From assembly GCA_965202585.1 (NCBI GenBank), contig OZ241829.1:35030001-35094000 (forward strand): 64,000 bases of DNA, read 5' to 3'. The translations under genes were made by a program, and so were the position numbers. The notes beneath the pieces are model-generated. The model worked only from the letters and a program-made list of their open reading frames with translations. It did no database searches and was not told the DNA's origin. Source of the stretch: Thalia democratica. Its lineage: Eukaryota. Of the stretch, positions 26,636 to 40,900 are shown in pieces; the stretch's first letter is position 1, and each line of letters begins with the position of its first letter.

Positions 26636-29530
26636 ACAATGGTTTGTTATTTAATACTAAGTATAATTATTATCTACTGAAAGTCGATCAGTGCTGTGTT
26701 CGATGATTCTGATTTAATATCTGCTGAAAGTAAGCTGTTTAAATTTTGATTATACTGTTTTTTAGCGCAAACTATTTATTGTTTCAAGTTTCAAAAACTA
26801 CTAACTTTTTATTTAATCATGTTTCACTAAAGCAGTGATTCTTACTATTTTAGCTGTGTTAAACCATATTTCCAAAATTTTTGTTTAAAGAATTTAGTTT
26901 TACAACAAAACAAGAAACTATTTAAATATTTGTTAGTTTACAATAATAGATCAAAAAGTTATATGGTTAACTGTACATCAAGTATTTTGTTTTCTAAAAT
27001 AAAACTATAACTATGCTAATCTTGATGATTACGACTATTATGCTTTTCTTCCTATTTCTTGAGCAGTTTTTATAACTTGTATTAGTTTTAAGATTGGTTG
27101 TTGAAACAAAAAAGAAATTTTAACTTTACTACCGTAAAACTGTGTTAATTTTTGCTGCTTATATTGAGATGAATACTGTTAACAATCTTGCCGAAAAGTC
27201 GATTTTTAAAGTTTGTTTTTAAGCTTATATTTTTATTGTTTTTAACTTCTTGTGTAAACGTAAACTTACTGGTCATTGCTATACTTCATTACTAAAAAAT
27301 TTCAATTTTTTTTAAGTTAAGTTACTATAGAATAGACTAATGATATAACATTACCTTACTCTTTAACAAAGGAACTTTTGTACTATTAGAAGTACAAAAC
27401 TAAACTAAAATCAGTATAATTTTATTTTAATTTAATTTGATTTCACTTTTTATTGTTCATTAACAACCTATTACTTAACCTAATTATATACATTTTTTGT
27501 TTTAGCAACGTTTTAAAAGTTTCATTTATTTGCTCTAAGAATGTTATTATAAAGTTGATACAGTTTGATAAAAAAAGGATCGAAAATAAACTTTATTTTA
27601 TGATATTAGTTGAAAATTTTTGATAAAACAGCATCTTTCATATGTTTTTTTTTATGAATGTTCAATTTTATTGTGAAATACTGATGAAAAAAAAGAAAAG
27701 TTACAGTTAAGAGAAAATTAAGAGTCTTTTTAAAAATATAGAACTAAAGTCTTATATATTGTCTTACAAACTATATTTAAATACTAAAAACTAAAATTTT
27801 CGATATAAGATAGTTTTTAAAGACTTAAATGTTAGAGATCACTAGGTATGTATGATAAATTGTATTTGCGGTATATTTTATAATAAACGATAAAATTAAT
27901 CATATATTTTTAATTGATTTAAAGCTATTTTTTGAATGTGTATTTGCACGTTTGTATTTCTCAATAAACATTTTTATCAAAACCTAATAAATATCTATAA
28001 ATGTGATATTAATTTTAAGAGACTTTTAAATACTTTTAACTTAACATTTACTGTTTTTTAAACTTCTTATTAATTTTAGAAACAATTTTGTCAAATAATT
28101 TGTTTAACTTTCTTTAAATAAATTTATGTTTAGTTTGTGGAGACTTACTATATGTAACGCTAGCATTTAGAATTACTTTTACTTAATGACGTTTTAGGTA
28201 TACTAAAAGGGATTTTATCAGCCGACTAATGTTGTAATAAATTTAAAAACTAAAGTTATTGTTGTTTTTCACAGTTGTTCCACTAGCATATGAAGTTTTC
28301 ACTTTGTCCAAAAGTTTAATTCGGTTATACGAATCTCAGCCATTAAAAGTTGAAAATATACTGACAATTTGTATTTCAAGTGATAAGTTTTAAATTTTTA
28401 AGCATTCAAATTTGGCGTTGTTCTGACTTTTATTAAAAGAGTAGAAATTTAGCGGATAATTAATCAAATCCAAGTCAGATCATTTAGTTGAACATTAATT
28501 AAAGCTTTGTATAAAACTACTTCTTGGCTTTAACTCAAAAAAACTAAAAGTAACTAAGTATTTTGAAATATGATTAAATCTTGTCAGATTAAGGCAGTAA
28601 AGAGATTTCATTCAAATAACTTCCTGTCACGAACTTTTTTCTGCTCACGAGTTTTTTAGTAATTCAATAACAAAACTAGACCGCTGAAAATGTTGCATTT
28701 TTAAACCAACTTAACAATTTTTAAGTTTGATAATTTACTTCTTTAATTTTCTCAAAGTAAATAAAATTAGTTGCATTTTACAAAACTTTACAAACATAAA
28801 AAACTGTTCATCTTTAAAACAAGTTTCTTATAGAATTATATCTTACGAGACTTACAGTTGTATGCTTAAGTCACGCTAAAAAGTTTTCTGCCGTTACTTT
28901 TTAGATTAAGAACTTAAACAAGCAATAATCCTAATAAATTCGTAATATGTCCTTAAAAGGTCGCTATTAAGATATTTTCTAGGTTTAGTTCATTACAAAT
29001 AAACTTAACAAATAATCGACTAGTACAAATAAATACTTTTTACACAACATTTTTAAACGAGTTCCTTCAGTGTGTGTAGTAAATTATTTATTTTTGACGT
29101 AGTATTAGTTTAATTGAATTCTAAAAATTAAAAATATCGTTAAAAAGTGTTTTCAGAAATTAAACTACTGTCAAATAAAAACTATTAATACTTATAAAGA
29201 CGTTGTGTTTCTTACATATTTTAGTTTTATTAAAACAAAAAAAGAACTAATTAGTTTTGAAAGTTAGTTCAGCTATCTAAGCCACTTAACTTTGATCTAT
29301 TTTTGCATAAAGTCGTGCAAAATAGAAAAACTATATCATCGTGGAAATATTTACACAGCATACAAAGAAATAGTTTGTAAATAATGTCATATAAAAACGC
29401 ATATAAAAATTTAAATTTGAACAGTTTTAGTATTTCAAAAAATCAAAAGGTTGAAAGCTAAAAGTATTTCAACTTAAAAAAAACTAATTAACTGATCATC
29501 TAAAGTAAACAAAGGATGTCAAATACATCA

Positions 29531-31658
29531 TTACAGCAATCCGGAGCATTTCAACGACCCGAGTTGGTAGAAAGCTGCCTCGTTCGCGCCGTCAGTGTCC
29601 CCGAACTTCAGCATGCTGACAGGCAGCTGGTCATCGTTGGTCAGGTAACCTTCGTCCGCGGTCCACAGCGAGTCGTCGTTCTTGTCACAGTTACAACTTT
29701 TGCTTGGGTCCAAACATGCTCCTGTATATACTTTTTTAAACTCAATACTGTACAATGCAGGTTCTTGTAGTAAAACTGATTATTCAACCCGAAAACATAC
29801 GCTCTCACTGTACACATTTTATTTAAACCATGTTTGCCACTGACCACTTACACCACAGGCACAAGTATGCCTGTCTTCGCCTTCGCCTCCCCAGTAGTGC
29901 ATCTCTTTGCCGTCGTAAGTGAACCATGACGCGTAATTTGTTCCTTGGTGGTTTAAAACCGATCCTTTACACCGATACTTTGAAAAAAAACTATTTTTAA
30001 GTTACTTTAGTTAAAAAATAGACATTAGTTAAAATATAATAAAAACTGTGTATGTTTTACTAATAGCAGATACTTTACTTAAATTAGATTGCTTCTTTGC
30101 TACACTAGGTAAAATAGACACTTACAAAAATAAATAATACATTTTAAAGCCTTTATTGAATTTTTGAAAATATTTATTGGTTGATTGAAATCAAAAAAGT
30201 TTATATATATATATATGTATTAGTAACCAAAAGAAATGAAAAGACTGTCTAAAACAAACTAGTATGGTTGTTGACCAGTAAGCAGTTGTTTTTATCAAGA
30301 GAAACAAATCAGTATAGCTGTGTTTAAAATTTGTTGTTATAACAAGTGTTTGACTACCTTAGTGTTTGACTACTTTTGTTTTAAAGTTTTTAAAGTCAAT
30401 TGTTGAACTTATAGTTTTATTTAGATTATGGTTTTTTTTTTCTAGTTGATATCAGGCCTAATCCGGTATATTACTAGTTTAAACCATGACTTATATTTTA
30501 GTTTCTTTGTTAAGTTAGTAGTCACTGCAACTAATAACATTTGCTATTGTTTTAATAATCTATGTAAAGTAGCTTTACAATTAATAACTATTCGATACCA
30601 TTTCTTTAAATTCATTATGACTTTGTCTTAGTTTATAAATAAATAGTTTATTTTTAAAAACTTCTACGTGTAAAATAGCTTTTAATATATGTATTTAAAA
30701 TATATGCTAAATAAAATCTTTAGGCTACCACCGTGCAATGTTCAAAGTAACGATGTGTTTACTTTAATATGCTGCCGACAACTTTCCGAAACATCAACGA
30801 CCGCCCTTATCGCTCGCAAGGTGTGCTTGTAATGTATTTGCGCTTGAAAGCATTTGGCCGATCCGCATTTGCTCACAGCTGTTTCGTCGGTGTTTACAGG
30901 CGGAAAAACGGTGTAAACTGGTATAATAAGATTACGTTAAAAAGTTTTTTCAACGGTAATTAGATTAAACTGCATTAGTTAAAGGAGCATTTTTAAGATG
31001 TGATATAATTCAAAAAACTAAGCTCATGTGTATAGAACTTTGAAATGTAATAAATATTAGTGTGTTCTTTTCAATGATAAACAACTAGCTTCCGCTTTCA
31101 GTGACTTCGCAATAAACTCGATATGGGCCGTTTTGGTCATTGGGCTGAATCATATAAAATCCAGACGTGGCATAAGGCAATTCATATAGAAGGGATTCAC
31201 ATGTTTTCAAAGCTGGACCAGTCGTTGCAGCCGGACTAGCACCACATCGGTTTAAATTCTCCATTAAGTAATCTAGTTTTTCGTCAATAACAAAAACTGC
31301 TTCGCTCGTGTTGAGTATTTCATTTTTAAGTGCTGGTTCTAAGTCTGCGAAGTTCGCACCATTTTCTCCCTTAAAAAGACTAAATTTAAATATTAAATAA
31401 AATAAAAACTAAAATTATTCAATGATAAATGTAAAGTTTACTAACCTTTTGGCCTTTTTCGCCGCTTGGTCCTCGTTTTCCGGGAAGTCCCTGTTTACCG
31501 GAGTTCAGAAGGTTGCTGGGTTCAGACCCGTAATAAATGTTGTTGATAACCGGCTTATCACATTCTTCTCCTTTCTCAGCATTTTTGATGCTGTCTGCTA
31601 ATGAGCGATTAAACAAAAGAATTAATAAAAGTATTTTGATAGATTTATGAAATAGCAT
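29531..31658 (-). CDS. Secreted protein: signal peptide - short collagen (Gly-X-Y)~8 - putative coiled-coil neck - CASPR/neurexin-IV-type fibrinogen-like domain, ~323 aa
   Basis: Exons (minus) 31446-31658, 31090-31369, 30763-30917, 29845-29977, 29531-29721 sum to 972 nt. MLFHKSIKILLLILLFNRSLA; GKQGLPGKRGPSGEKGQKGENGAN; TCESL...SGFYMIQP..YRVYC; SCRQHIKYRC; YWGG..CACGVSGACLDPSKSCNCD..DEGYLT...LPV...GDTD..LGSLKC. Intron 2 needs a GC donor. Confidence 0.82.
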
Positions 31659-32129
31659 GATTTTTTATTTTCTGCGTTTTATGAAACGAGTAATACAAGT
31701 AAAACTTTGAAACTATATTTTTACTTAAACTTTTTCATATAATAGTTCGCTTGAAAACAGATCTTACTAAGTAAGTCAAAAGTTTTAATGCAGTTTTATA
31801 AGCTTTTATTTACTCAAGTCTTGTAAAATTATTTACTTAATGTAAAATATTGTACTTTTTGAAACATGCGATAAGGTGAACAACCTGAAAATAAATTATA
31901 TGGTTTTCTTTAAAACATAGTAGTTTTTTTTTTAACTAGCTTGAAGGATTTAACTTTTGCATATGTGCTGTAGTAGAGATTTATGGTTAAGTTTGCTTTA
32001 TACTACACCATGAGTTCAAACTTTGTAGGATACAATTTTTGATTAAACAATTTTTAATAGATATGAAAAACAGGAAAAGTTTTAGTTATAAATTAAACTA
32101 TAAGAAAATGAGTTTGATATATACATTGC

Positions 32130-32217
32130 TTATTCAGCGATAAAAAAAGCACTCCAAAAGTTTGGTCTAGGGACCTGGCGTACGAAAAAATCTTTCGGTT
32201 ATCGAGTCGTACACCAC
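32130..32217 (-). mobile_element. SINE-like repeat copy D
   Basis: TTATTCAGCGATAAAAAAAGCACTCCAAAAGTTTGGTCTAGGGACCTGGCGTACGAAAAAATCTTTCGGTTATCGAGTCGTACACCAC. Confidence 0.7.
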
Positions 32218-34905
32218 ATGCTTATACAATTTCTTAGGAGCTAAAAAGAATAGATTTATTATAAATATCATTAAGTTTTTGAGATCTATCTTTTTAATTA
32301 AATAATATTTTTTCTACTTTGTCGACATATCATTTCATTGTAGACTTTTGTTTTTTTCAAACTTGAGAAGATTTTCACAAAATTATAACTTCTGGTTGTT
32401 GGAGTTCGATAATTGTAATAAAACTAAAAGTTTGAATCAGGTTCTCTACAATTTTTTTGTATAGAGTTGTTTCTTGAAAAATGTTAAACTATGAATGTCT
32501 ATAGTTTTTTGTATATAAAAAAAAGTAAAAAAATTACTATGCTTGTTTAGCACAATGGATACAATTTTTCACAACTAGAAACATTTTTAGTAAATTTTCA
32601 AACTACAACTGATTTTGATTTTTAAATACATTTTGACAAAACAATGCACCTGCTTTGAAAGTTATGCTAGGTTAAAAAAACAGTTACACTATTATTTGGT
32701 TAATGCGACCTTTTCTAGCATACTGTATATTTTTAGATTACGTTTTAGTTTATACATACTTTAAAACAAAAAATAACAACTAATATATTAGTTATAACAC
32801 GATGTATTTTTGCTAAAAAATATATTTTTGCACTTTTTTTTGAGGTTGATAATTTTTTATAAGTAGAAACTAAAGTCATAAATTGAAGTTTAATTGAAAT
32901 AGTATGTCATGTTTACTTACTTGTTTACACTATGTATAACCTGTTAAGCTGAACTGCAATGTATTTGAAATATTGATTAAAAGCTTGATATCAGTATTTT
33001 CAATTGAAAAATGTAAAAGGGCAACAATGTAAATTTATAAATGAGCATTTGTAGCCTTTGAAGAAATAGTTAAATGAGCTACGTCTAATAAGTCTATGAA
33101 GCAAAATAAAAACATTTTGTAATGACCTAAATTAATTAAGACTACATCATTTACCTGTGCTAATTTATTTATAGATTTCTCCGGGTTTTTAAGATAGTCT
33201 TTACGTAATATAAAATACAAACATTAATATAACGCAAATTTATACAGCCAAGAAAAAGATAAATTAATATATAAAATACACTTTTTAGTTTTAAATATAT
33301 ACCCCACCTATTTATTCGTATACTTATATGTGCATGTTATCGTTCTTTGCTAAAACTATAAGCCATCTTTTATACATGAAAAGTAGTAAAACTAGCTCAG
33401 TTAAGTATGAATTATAAATTCTATTATTAAACTTATCCTAAATGCTGTTGAAACATAAAGTCTGTTTCTACAAATCGTGATACTCAAGTATTTGTCAGCT
33501 TTAAGTAAAAACGAAAACCAACAGATGTTAAAAAATTCAAAACGATACTGTTCTTTGTGATAAAACTTTACAACTACTCAACCCTTAAAAGTTTGTAACA
33601 TTACGCAATTTTTTTATCACAGTATATCAGGTTAATAACTCAGACTTTATAGGTTACCAAAGAGAAACATAAGATTTTTTTCAGCTTTTTGCATGTTAAA
33701 TAACTAAACATTTTGCTATAACAGTGTAAAATTATAAAGTATAACTTAAATTTAGTCAAAAACTTTTAAATGAAAAATTTTCTATAATAATTTTCTAATT
33801 TAAACTATCGGTGTAAAGTTCAATACAATACTTCTATTTTAATACTTGATATGTTTATTTCATGATATGTTGACTGAATTTTTCTAAGATTAAGTATCTA
33901 TATGAGTTTGTTTCACCTTTTATTTTTAAAAAGTACATAAAACATACTCAAATGCGATTATTTTACAATAGAACACTGTATTTTAAATTGTTTACTGTGA
34001 AATAGTATTTTTTATCATCATAATTTTATTTTATTTAGTATAATTAAAAAGCGAATAAGAGTTTATTATTAAAAAAATTAAATAAATATTTAGGTGTTAA
34101 GTAAAACGTTTAATTTGAATTATCAAATATTGTAAACTAAACTAGCAAAAGAAAGACAAGAAAAGTTTAAAGCTCAAATTAATAACAAGAAACAAGTACT
34201 ATAGTGTAATATAAATTCATTGTTTACTTTAAGCGCAGTCATTACTTTATTACACAAAAATTAATAACGTCAGTATTACTCAGTTATGTGTGTTTGTCAA
34301 CGTTTAATATTATTGCTCTTAATTGTAGTTTTCGTTCGCTTTCACTAAGCTTCGTTTATCAGAATTTATGTAGATAGTTCTTATTTAGTTTGTATAAACT
34401 AACAATTTAAGTTATGAGTTTAATAAAAGATTTTACAAGTACAATCAAAAATAAGTTCCTTTGCAATCTCGTTTTCAATATAGCATTTTTTTACTTAAAA
34501 GTATTTTTATAAAACTTTTTTCTAATTAGAGCTAAACACTTTTCAAATACTTTAAAACACATAGTAAAAGTTAATATGTTGATATCAGCTTTTGTAGACT
34601 TTGTTTAAGCAGAGCACATTTTAAAATGTCTTTAAGGTGCTTTAAATAAATATTTTAGAAAAGAATTGTAGACTACTTAAAGGTTTATAATAGTTTGTTA
34701 GTACAAAAGTGTTAAATGGCCATTTACATCTATAACTTAGCCGTAAAACATCTGACAACTTAACCTGCAGTTTTTTGTATAATACCACGTAAAATTTTTG
34801 GTTACATTAAACAGTTGCATACTTTAATTTAAGTATACAAAAATTAAGTACTAAATCGATATAAACGGTTTATAAACACTGTTTAAACAAAAAATAAACG
34901 TTCAG

Positions 34906-37900
34906 GAAAGTGGCAGATGGCTCGTAGGAGCAGTAGGAGCTTACGATTGGAGAGGAACTGTACTGAACTATAACGATTATGAAACTTCGAGCACAGAATA
35001 CGAAGTAGCAGATAATGAAGACATAAAGAAGATTTTAGTCGGAAGAAGCATTGAATCTTATCTTGGTATTGGAAAGTAGTTTTGTGTTTATTTAATTTTT
35101 ATTTACTTTTAATCTGTTTAGGTTATTCTGTGGTTGCTGGAGATTATAACAATAATGGTGATAGATGGATTACCACTGGTGCACCTAGATACCAATTGTT
35201 TGGAGCGGTTAGTTTCAAAGCGTTAAAAACAATTGTAGTTTGAATAAGAATACTGAACTTTTACCTTTTGTTTTCAAACAGTACTTTACTGACTATTCGA
35301 TTTTGTACTGATTTTATCATGTGATACACCACTTTCAACATTTTTTACGTTTTTTACTCTATAATAATAATATTTTATAACAAAATTTCAAAAACGCTGA
35401 AATTTATTTGTTTTATAAGCTACGTGAAATAACAACCGATAAGTAACATAACTAATAGCTAATTTCGAACAACAATACAACAGGTTGTTTTATTCTTGCA
35501 AGACGACGGAACAACGACTATAACGAACCAGAAAAGAATAGACTTTCCAGCAGAAAACAAGCAGTCGGCCACCTACTTCGGACACACTCTTCTCTCCGTT
35601 GATCTCAACAACGACGGAAGAGACGATCTGGTCGTTGGAGCTCCTCTCTACTTTTCATCGGCTGGAGACGAGGGAAGAGTCTACGTCTACATTGCAGATA
35701 AAAGTGGTTTCACAGAGAACACATGGGTATAAACAATAAAATTTTTCAATTGATTATTATAACTTCACTGTAGTTTTTAAAAATGTAAACATTTTTAGTA
35801 ATAGTATACATTTTAAAAAAGAGTTTTTAAGTTTAGAGTACTTTAGAGTGCTAAAAAACTAATCTAAATTTCAATAAAAAATGAACAAAGCGTTTGAATT
35901 TTGATACCAGACGACTAAAAACGTTTTTTAAGAATTTTGTTATGTCAGAGTAATTTTTAAGTTCTACAAAAATTTAGTCAGCATCAACGTATAAACCTGT
36001 TGAACTTGTTGGTTCTGATGAGCCTGGTGCGAGGTTCGGTTATTCGTTTTGCTCTTCGGGCGATCTCAACAAAGATGGTTACAACGATTTGGTTGTTGGC
36101 GCACCCAATACTAACAAAGACAATGGAGCTATTTTTGTATATTTAGGGAGTAAAGACGGTATTGTGTCTACGCATAGTCAAGTTTGTTAAATTTACAGAA
36201 GTTAGATGCTTAAGATTTCTAGGTACTTAATTTTTAAAACGTATTAAAAACCAAAAACTTACATAATTTGATTAGTAAATATGTTTTTCGTCATGAAAAA
36301 TAGCTAAAAATATTATATTGAGTATTTACCTTAGTTTTAGTTTTATGAAGTTCAAGTGTTAAGAAGTTTCTAAAGCACTTATTTGTGATTTACAGATTAC
36401 TAAAGTTATATTCATTAACATTTTTTAAATAAACAAGTTGTCACAGTCAAAAGCTGTTTTTTTTTGTATAAAATATAACTATTGCCAACTAACAAAATCA
36501 GTAAATATGCTTAGTTATAAACTATACATGACATTGACACCTGTTTTTGTTTGAATAAATATTTTCAAAAGAAAATATCTGCTTCTGACGTGCAAGTGGG
36601 CTTGCAGTACTTTGGTCACATGCTACAGTGCGGTCTGGCGCACGATGCCAACTCTTACCCGGATGTTGCCGTTTCATCACCTGTCTCTGACCAGTTTGTG
36701 GTGCTCAGGTAAAAAGTACTATTGCTACAGAAATGTTTTTATGTTTAAAATTTAGGCATAGACGATATACATTTGGTAAAGTGCTTAACTGTTGTGAGAT
36801 TATTTGTTTAATTGCGTTGGTTACATGACATCTCAAACTCGGACAATTCAAATTCCGACAATTCAAGTTTTGAAAAAAATATTTAATAGATTATATCTCA
36901 AAAAGTATTGTATACTAAAAATAAAATTAACTATGTAAGTAGGTCTTATCAATATCTACAAACTTTTATTTTTTTGTAAAATTTTAAATATTTTTTAAGA
37001 TATCAAAATAATAATAAAAATTAGTAAACTATAAAAATGTATTTAACCATATCTATAAAAATTTTAAATAATTCACACAAACAAAAAAATGGCTTGTGGA
37101 TAATAATAAGACCAACATATATATTGTTTATTTTTTTAAAATATATACTTTTTTTTTAGTTGTGGCCTTTTAGTATTTTTTTTAGAATTGAAGTGTCGAA
37201 ATTCGAATCATCTGATTTTGAATTGTCGTGCACCCAATTGCGTTAAATAAGAAAAATATCAAGATTTTAGCACAAAATCTAAGAGAGGTAACAAAACATA
37301 AAAAAAATTTCTATTAAAATCAATCTGTAATAACAAATGTCTTAATGGTATGAGTAGAAATATTTAAATTTTCATAAAAGTAACATCATTTTAGTTTTTG
37401 TATAGTATCATAATTACTATACAATGTATGTTTTCAATGCTAAGTTAAAACAAAAGTATTGTATTAAATAAAAGATGTTAAGTTTGAAAAAAAAATCCAA
37501 ACAATTCAATCTTTTATTATTTTAAAATGCTATTTTTTTTTATTCAAAATATTCAGTGCTGTTTGGAAATTAATGAAATATCTAAAACTTTAATGTTAAA
37601 ATACTTACCTACTTTTTTTGAAATAATTTTAGATAAAATATACTTTCTTTTAGCAAAATGTATATTTATAACAAATAAATTTTAATTATTCTTTAATAAA
37701 TTCACAATAAGTTTTATAGAAATTGTTTTAAAGTACAATAGTTTCTCTTATTAATTATCTATTTAAAGGAGTTTAAAAATATAACAAAGAAAGAAAAGTT
37801 TATGATTCCATAAACAACTGTTTATCCAAATGTTTCTAAAAACGTTGTAAAATACTAATACCCAGAGTATAATAAGAGCTATTTTCGAAGGCAACTAATA

Positions 37901-40900
37901 CACGTAACAAATACTAAAACTTTATTTTTAAGAACACGACCAGTAGTGAATTTGGCTGCGACAGTTACATTTTCAAACCCAAAAATTGATATATTTGAAT
38001 GTTTCAAAAAAGCAGATAGACAATGTCAGAATATGGATGTTTGTCTTACTTTCACAGGAGTTGATGTCTCTGGAGATCTAGGTAGGACCATTTAAATTTG
38101 CCAAATAAAGTTATACTTAAATAAAAGTTTTACAATTTTTAAAATATTATTTGTTCCTTGGCTAAATTAAGTTGGATAAACTTAAAAAATACTTTTTAGT
38201 AAATGTTTTGAAGAAACTCAAATGTTAACTTGAACTAAATACTGAAATTTTATTCTAAGAACTTATCTATTAATATAAAAAACCTTTTAGAATGCAACAA
38301 CTTTACTTGCATTTTTATCGGACCTGTTTAATTAAAGTAGTATAAAGAAAGAGATAAACTACAATCTACCAAAATCTTTAACGTTATTGTAAATAAAAAA
38401 GTAAGAGATTTTGTTTAAAAAATAATTTATTTTTATAAGTTAACTAAAGTTGATTTATAAAGACTTAAAAGTTTAGACAACCAAAATAGATTTACTTATT
38501 GGAATAAAACCTACTATAAAGCTTAAAACTATCTAAAAACTATTCAAAAACTAATTAATCTCTTTAATTGTTTTTTTGGTAGTTTTCTAAAATTAATTAA
38601 ATGCAAAACAACTAAAGTTAAAATATTTCTTTGTAATGAAGTTTGTAAAAATTTGTAGCCCAATTAAATGTTCTAGAGTGTTCTAATTCATTTTTTAATT
38701 TGTTCTTTACAAAAATTAAATATCTTTTACTAAACAAAACTGATTCAATAATTTCTGATAAGTTTTTTTAAAGAAAAGTGAGGTAGAACTAAATCTTTTA
38801 CACTGTCATATAAGCTATAAAAACCTATTAAAAAAGTCTTAAAACTAAAATTCTTACACGTTTTAGGTATTTTAAAATGCAAAAAACTACTCTTGATTAA
38901 TTATTTTAAATTTTAGAGACCTATAATTTTTATACAGAAGCGTTTAGTTAAAAAATTATTTGAAAGTATAAAAAAGTAATGTCTAATTAAGCTGCTCACC
39001 AATCACTTTTACGTCGGTTAAATAAAATTTAGGTTTGTTTAGTTAAGTTTTTGTAAAATGAAAACAAATTTTAAAGTTAGTTGAAATTACCTTGAAAAAA
39101 ATAAAACATTATTTCATGAAAATAAAAGTAACTTCAAAATCTTTAACCTTTATTCGAACTTTAAGACAAAAACTTAGCTCTATACAAACTTGTTATTTTG
39201 AACAATTAGTTGTGCAATCCACATTAATTTAACATCCTTCTTTGAAAACATATATTACAAAAAAAAAACTTAGAGCTTTAATTTAAAGTTTAATTAAACA
39301 CTAATATGTTTAAGTTATACATAAAACAATATTTTAAATTACTTTTTACAAATGACTTGCAGATTTGATTTAAGACTAGCCATTTATAGTTTTAAATTAA
39401 GTAAACTTTTCAAACATTTTTCTTTTACTTAAAACATTAGATTAACTATAATTTTTTTCTAGAATAACATTATCAAGTTTATTACATACGGTACTAATCA
39501 AAATGATGTTGAATAGATGTGTGACTTTATATTTAATTTACAACGAGTTCATTAAAGAAAAGAAAGTGTTAAAAAAAAAAATTTAATACCACCACATTTC
39601 AGATGTAGTTTACTTAAACTAAACTATAGAAATCTCGCTTTAAAAATGCTGACATATGTTTAGCTTGTTTTTTTTAAGGGTAAATGTTATACATTATTAA
39701 AAGTTTACATGTTAACAGATGTAGACTACACAATGACCTTAGACGATGGGTACAACAGAATAGAGTTTAGAGAAGGAGGTTTAAAAAAGCAAGTGAAAAC
39801 TTATGAAAAGCTGTCTTATGAAATTGGTGTAAAGCAATGCAAAACGGAACTACTATATGTTAAGGTCTTAAACTTTTTTTTGTGGTAGAGCTTTTTTTAA
39901 ATAACATAGTTCACAAGTTGATAGTTTTAAAACTGATATTATGTATCTTCAAGAGTAACCTGTTAGATACATAATAATCAATATTTTTTAAGGAAGGAAT
40001 AAACAACTATGACAGCCCAATAGAAGTTTCAATAGGCTACAAGCTATCTGATGACTACACAAGTAAACCGATGTCTGCTGTCATAGACGAGTAAGTAACT
40101 TTTAAATATTAAGAACTGTTAATTACTAACTTCATTTAAAGTTTAAAAATATTTTTTTCTAAAAATTATTAAAAAACTCTTTTAAAACTCGGAAACAAAA
40201 TGAAGTTAGAATTTAAATACTTGCTGCAAAATATTTAAAACAAGTTCTGTTTTTTTTAGACACAATCTTCAAAAAACTCCTTTTGAGATGACGTTCGAGA
40301 AAAATTGCGGCCCGAGTGGTAACTCAAAGGACTGTTCGTACGACCTGGCAATAACGTCCACCGTAGAAATTCCGTACCATTGGGAGTAAGTTATGGCAAA
40401 AATCTATAACAGATATTTTTTTTATTTTTTTTTTAAATCCAAATACAGCTAAACTAATATTTATTCTAGTTTCATTTTTAATCCTAACTAACCATTGTTT
40501 AGTATTTTAAGCTAGCACATCATACTTTTTAGTATAATTTTAATTAAATTTATACTTTGGTTTGTCAATTAAACATTTTAATTGTAGAATCACAGTTTTA
40601 AAATTCATTCGCGGTAAAACTCAATTAAAACTGTACAAATTTTTCAAAAATATTTGTTAAAGTTGGTTTTTTTAATTTATGCGGATTTTTTTAACCTCGC
40701 AGGAAAGACAACGACTTGTCCAATAAAGGCACAGTGTTAGTGGTTGGAGACAACACAGTGTCGCCACTCTTCATCAACGTAAATTTGACTAATCTGGCCG
40801 CTGAAGCTGCGTTTGACGCGCGAGTGGAAATCAAATACGACAATGGCTTATCATTTACAGAGGTAACTTTGAAATTATATGAGCAATGATGAATTGCACT

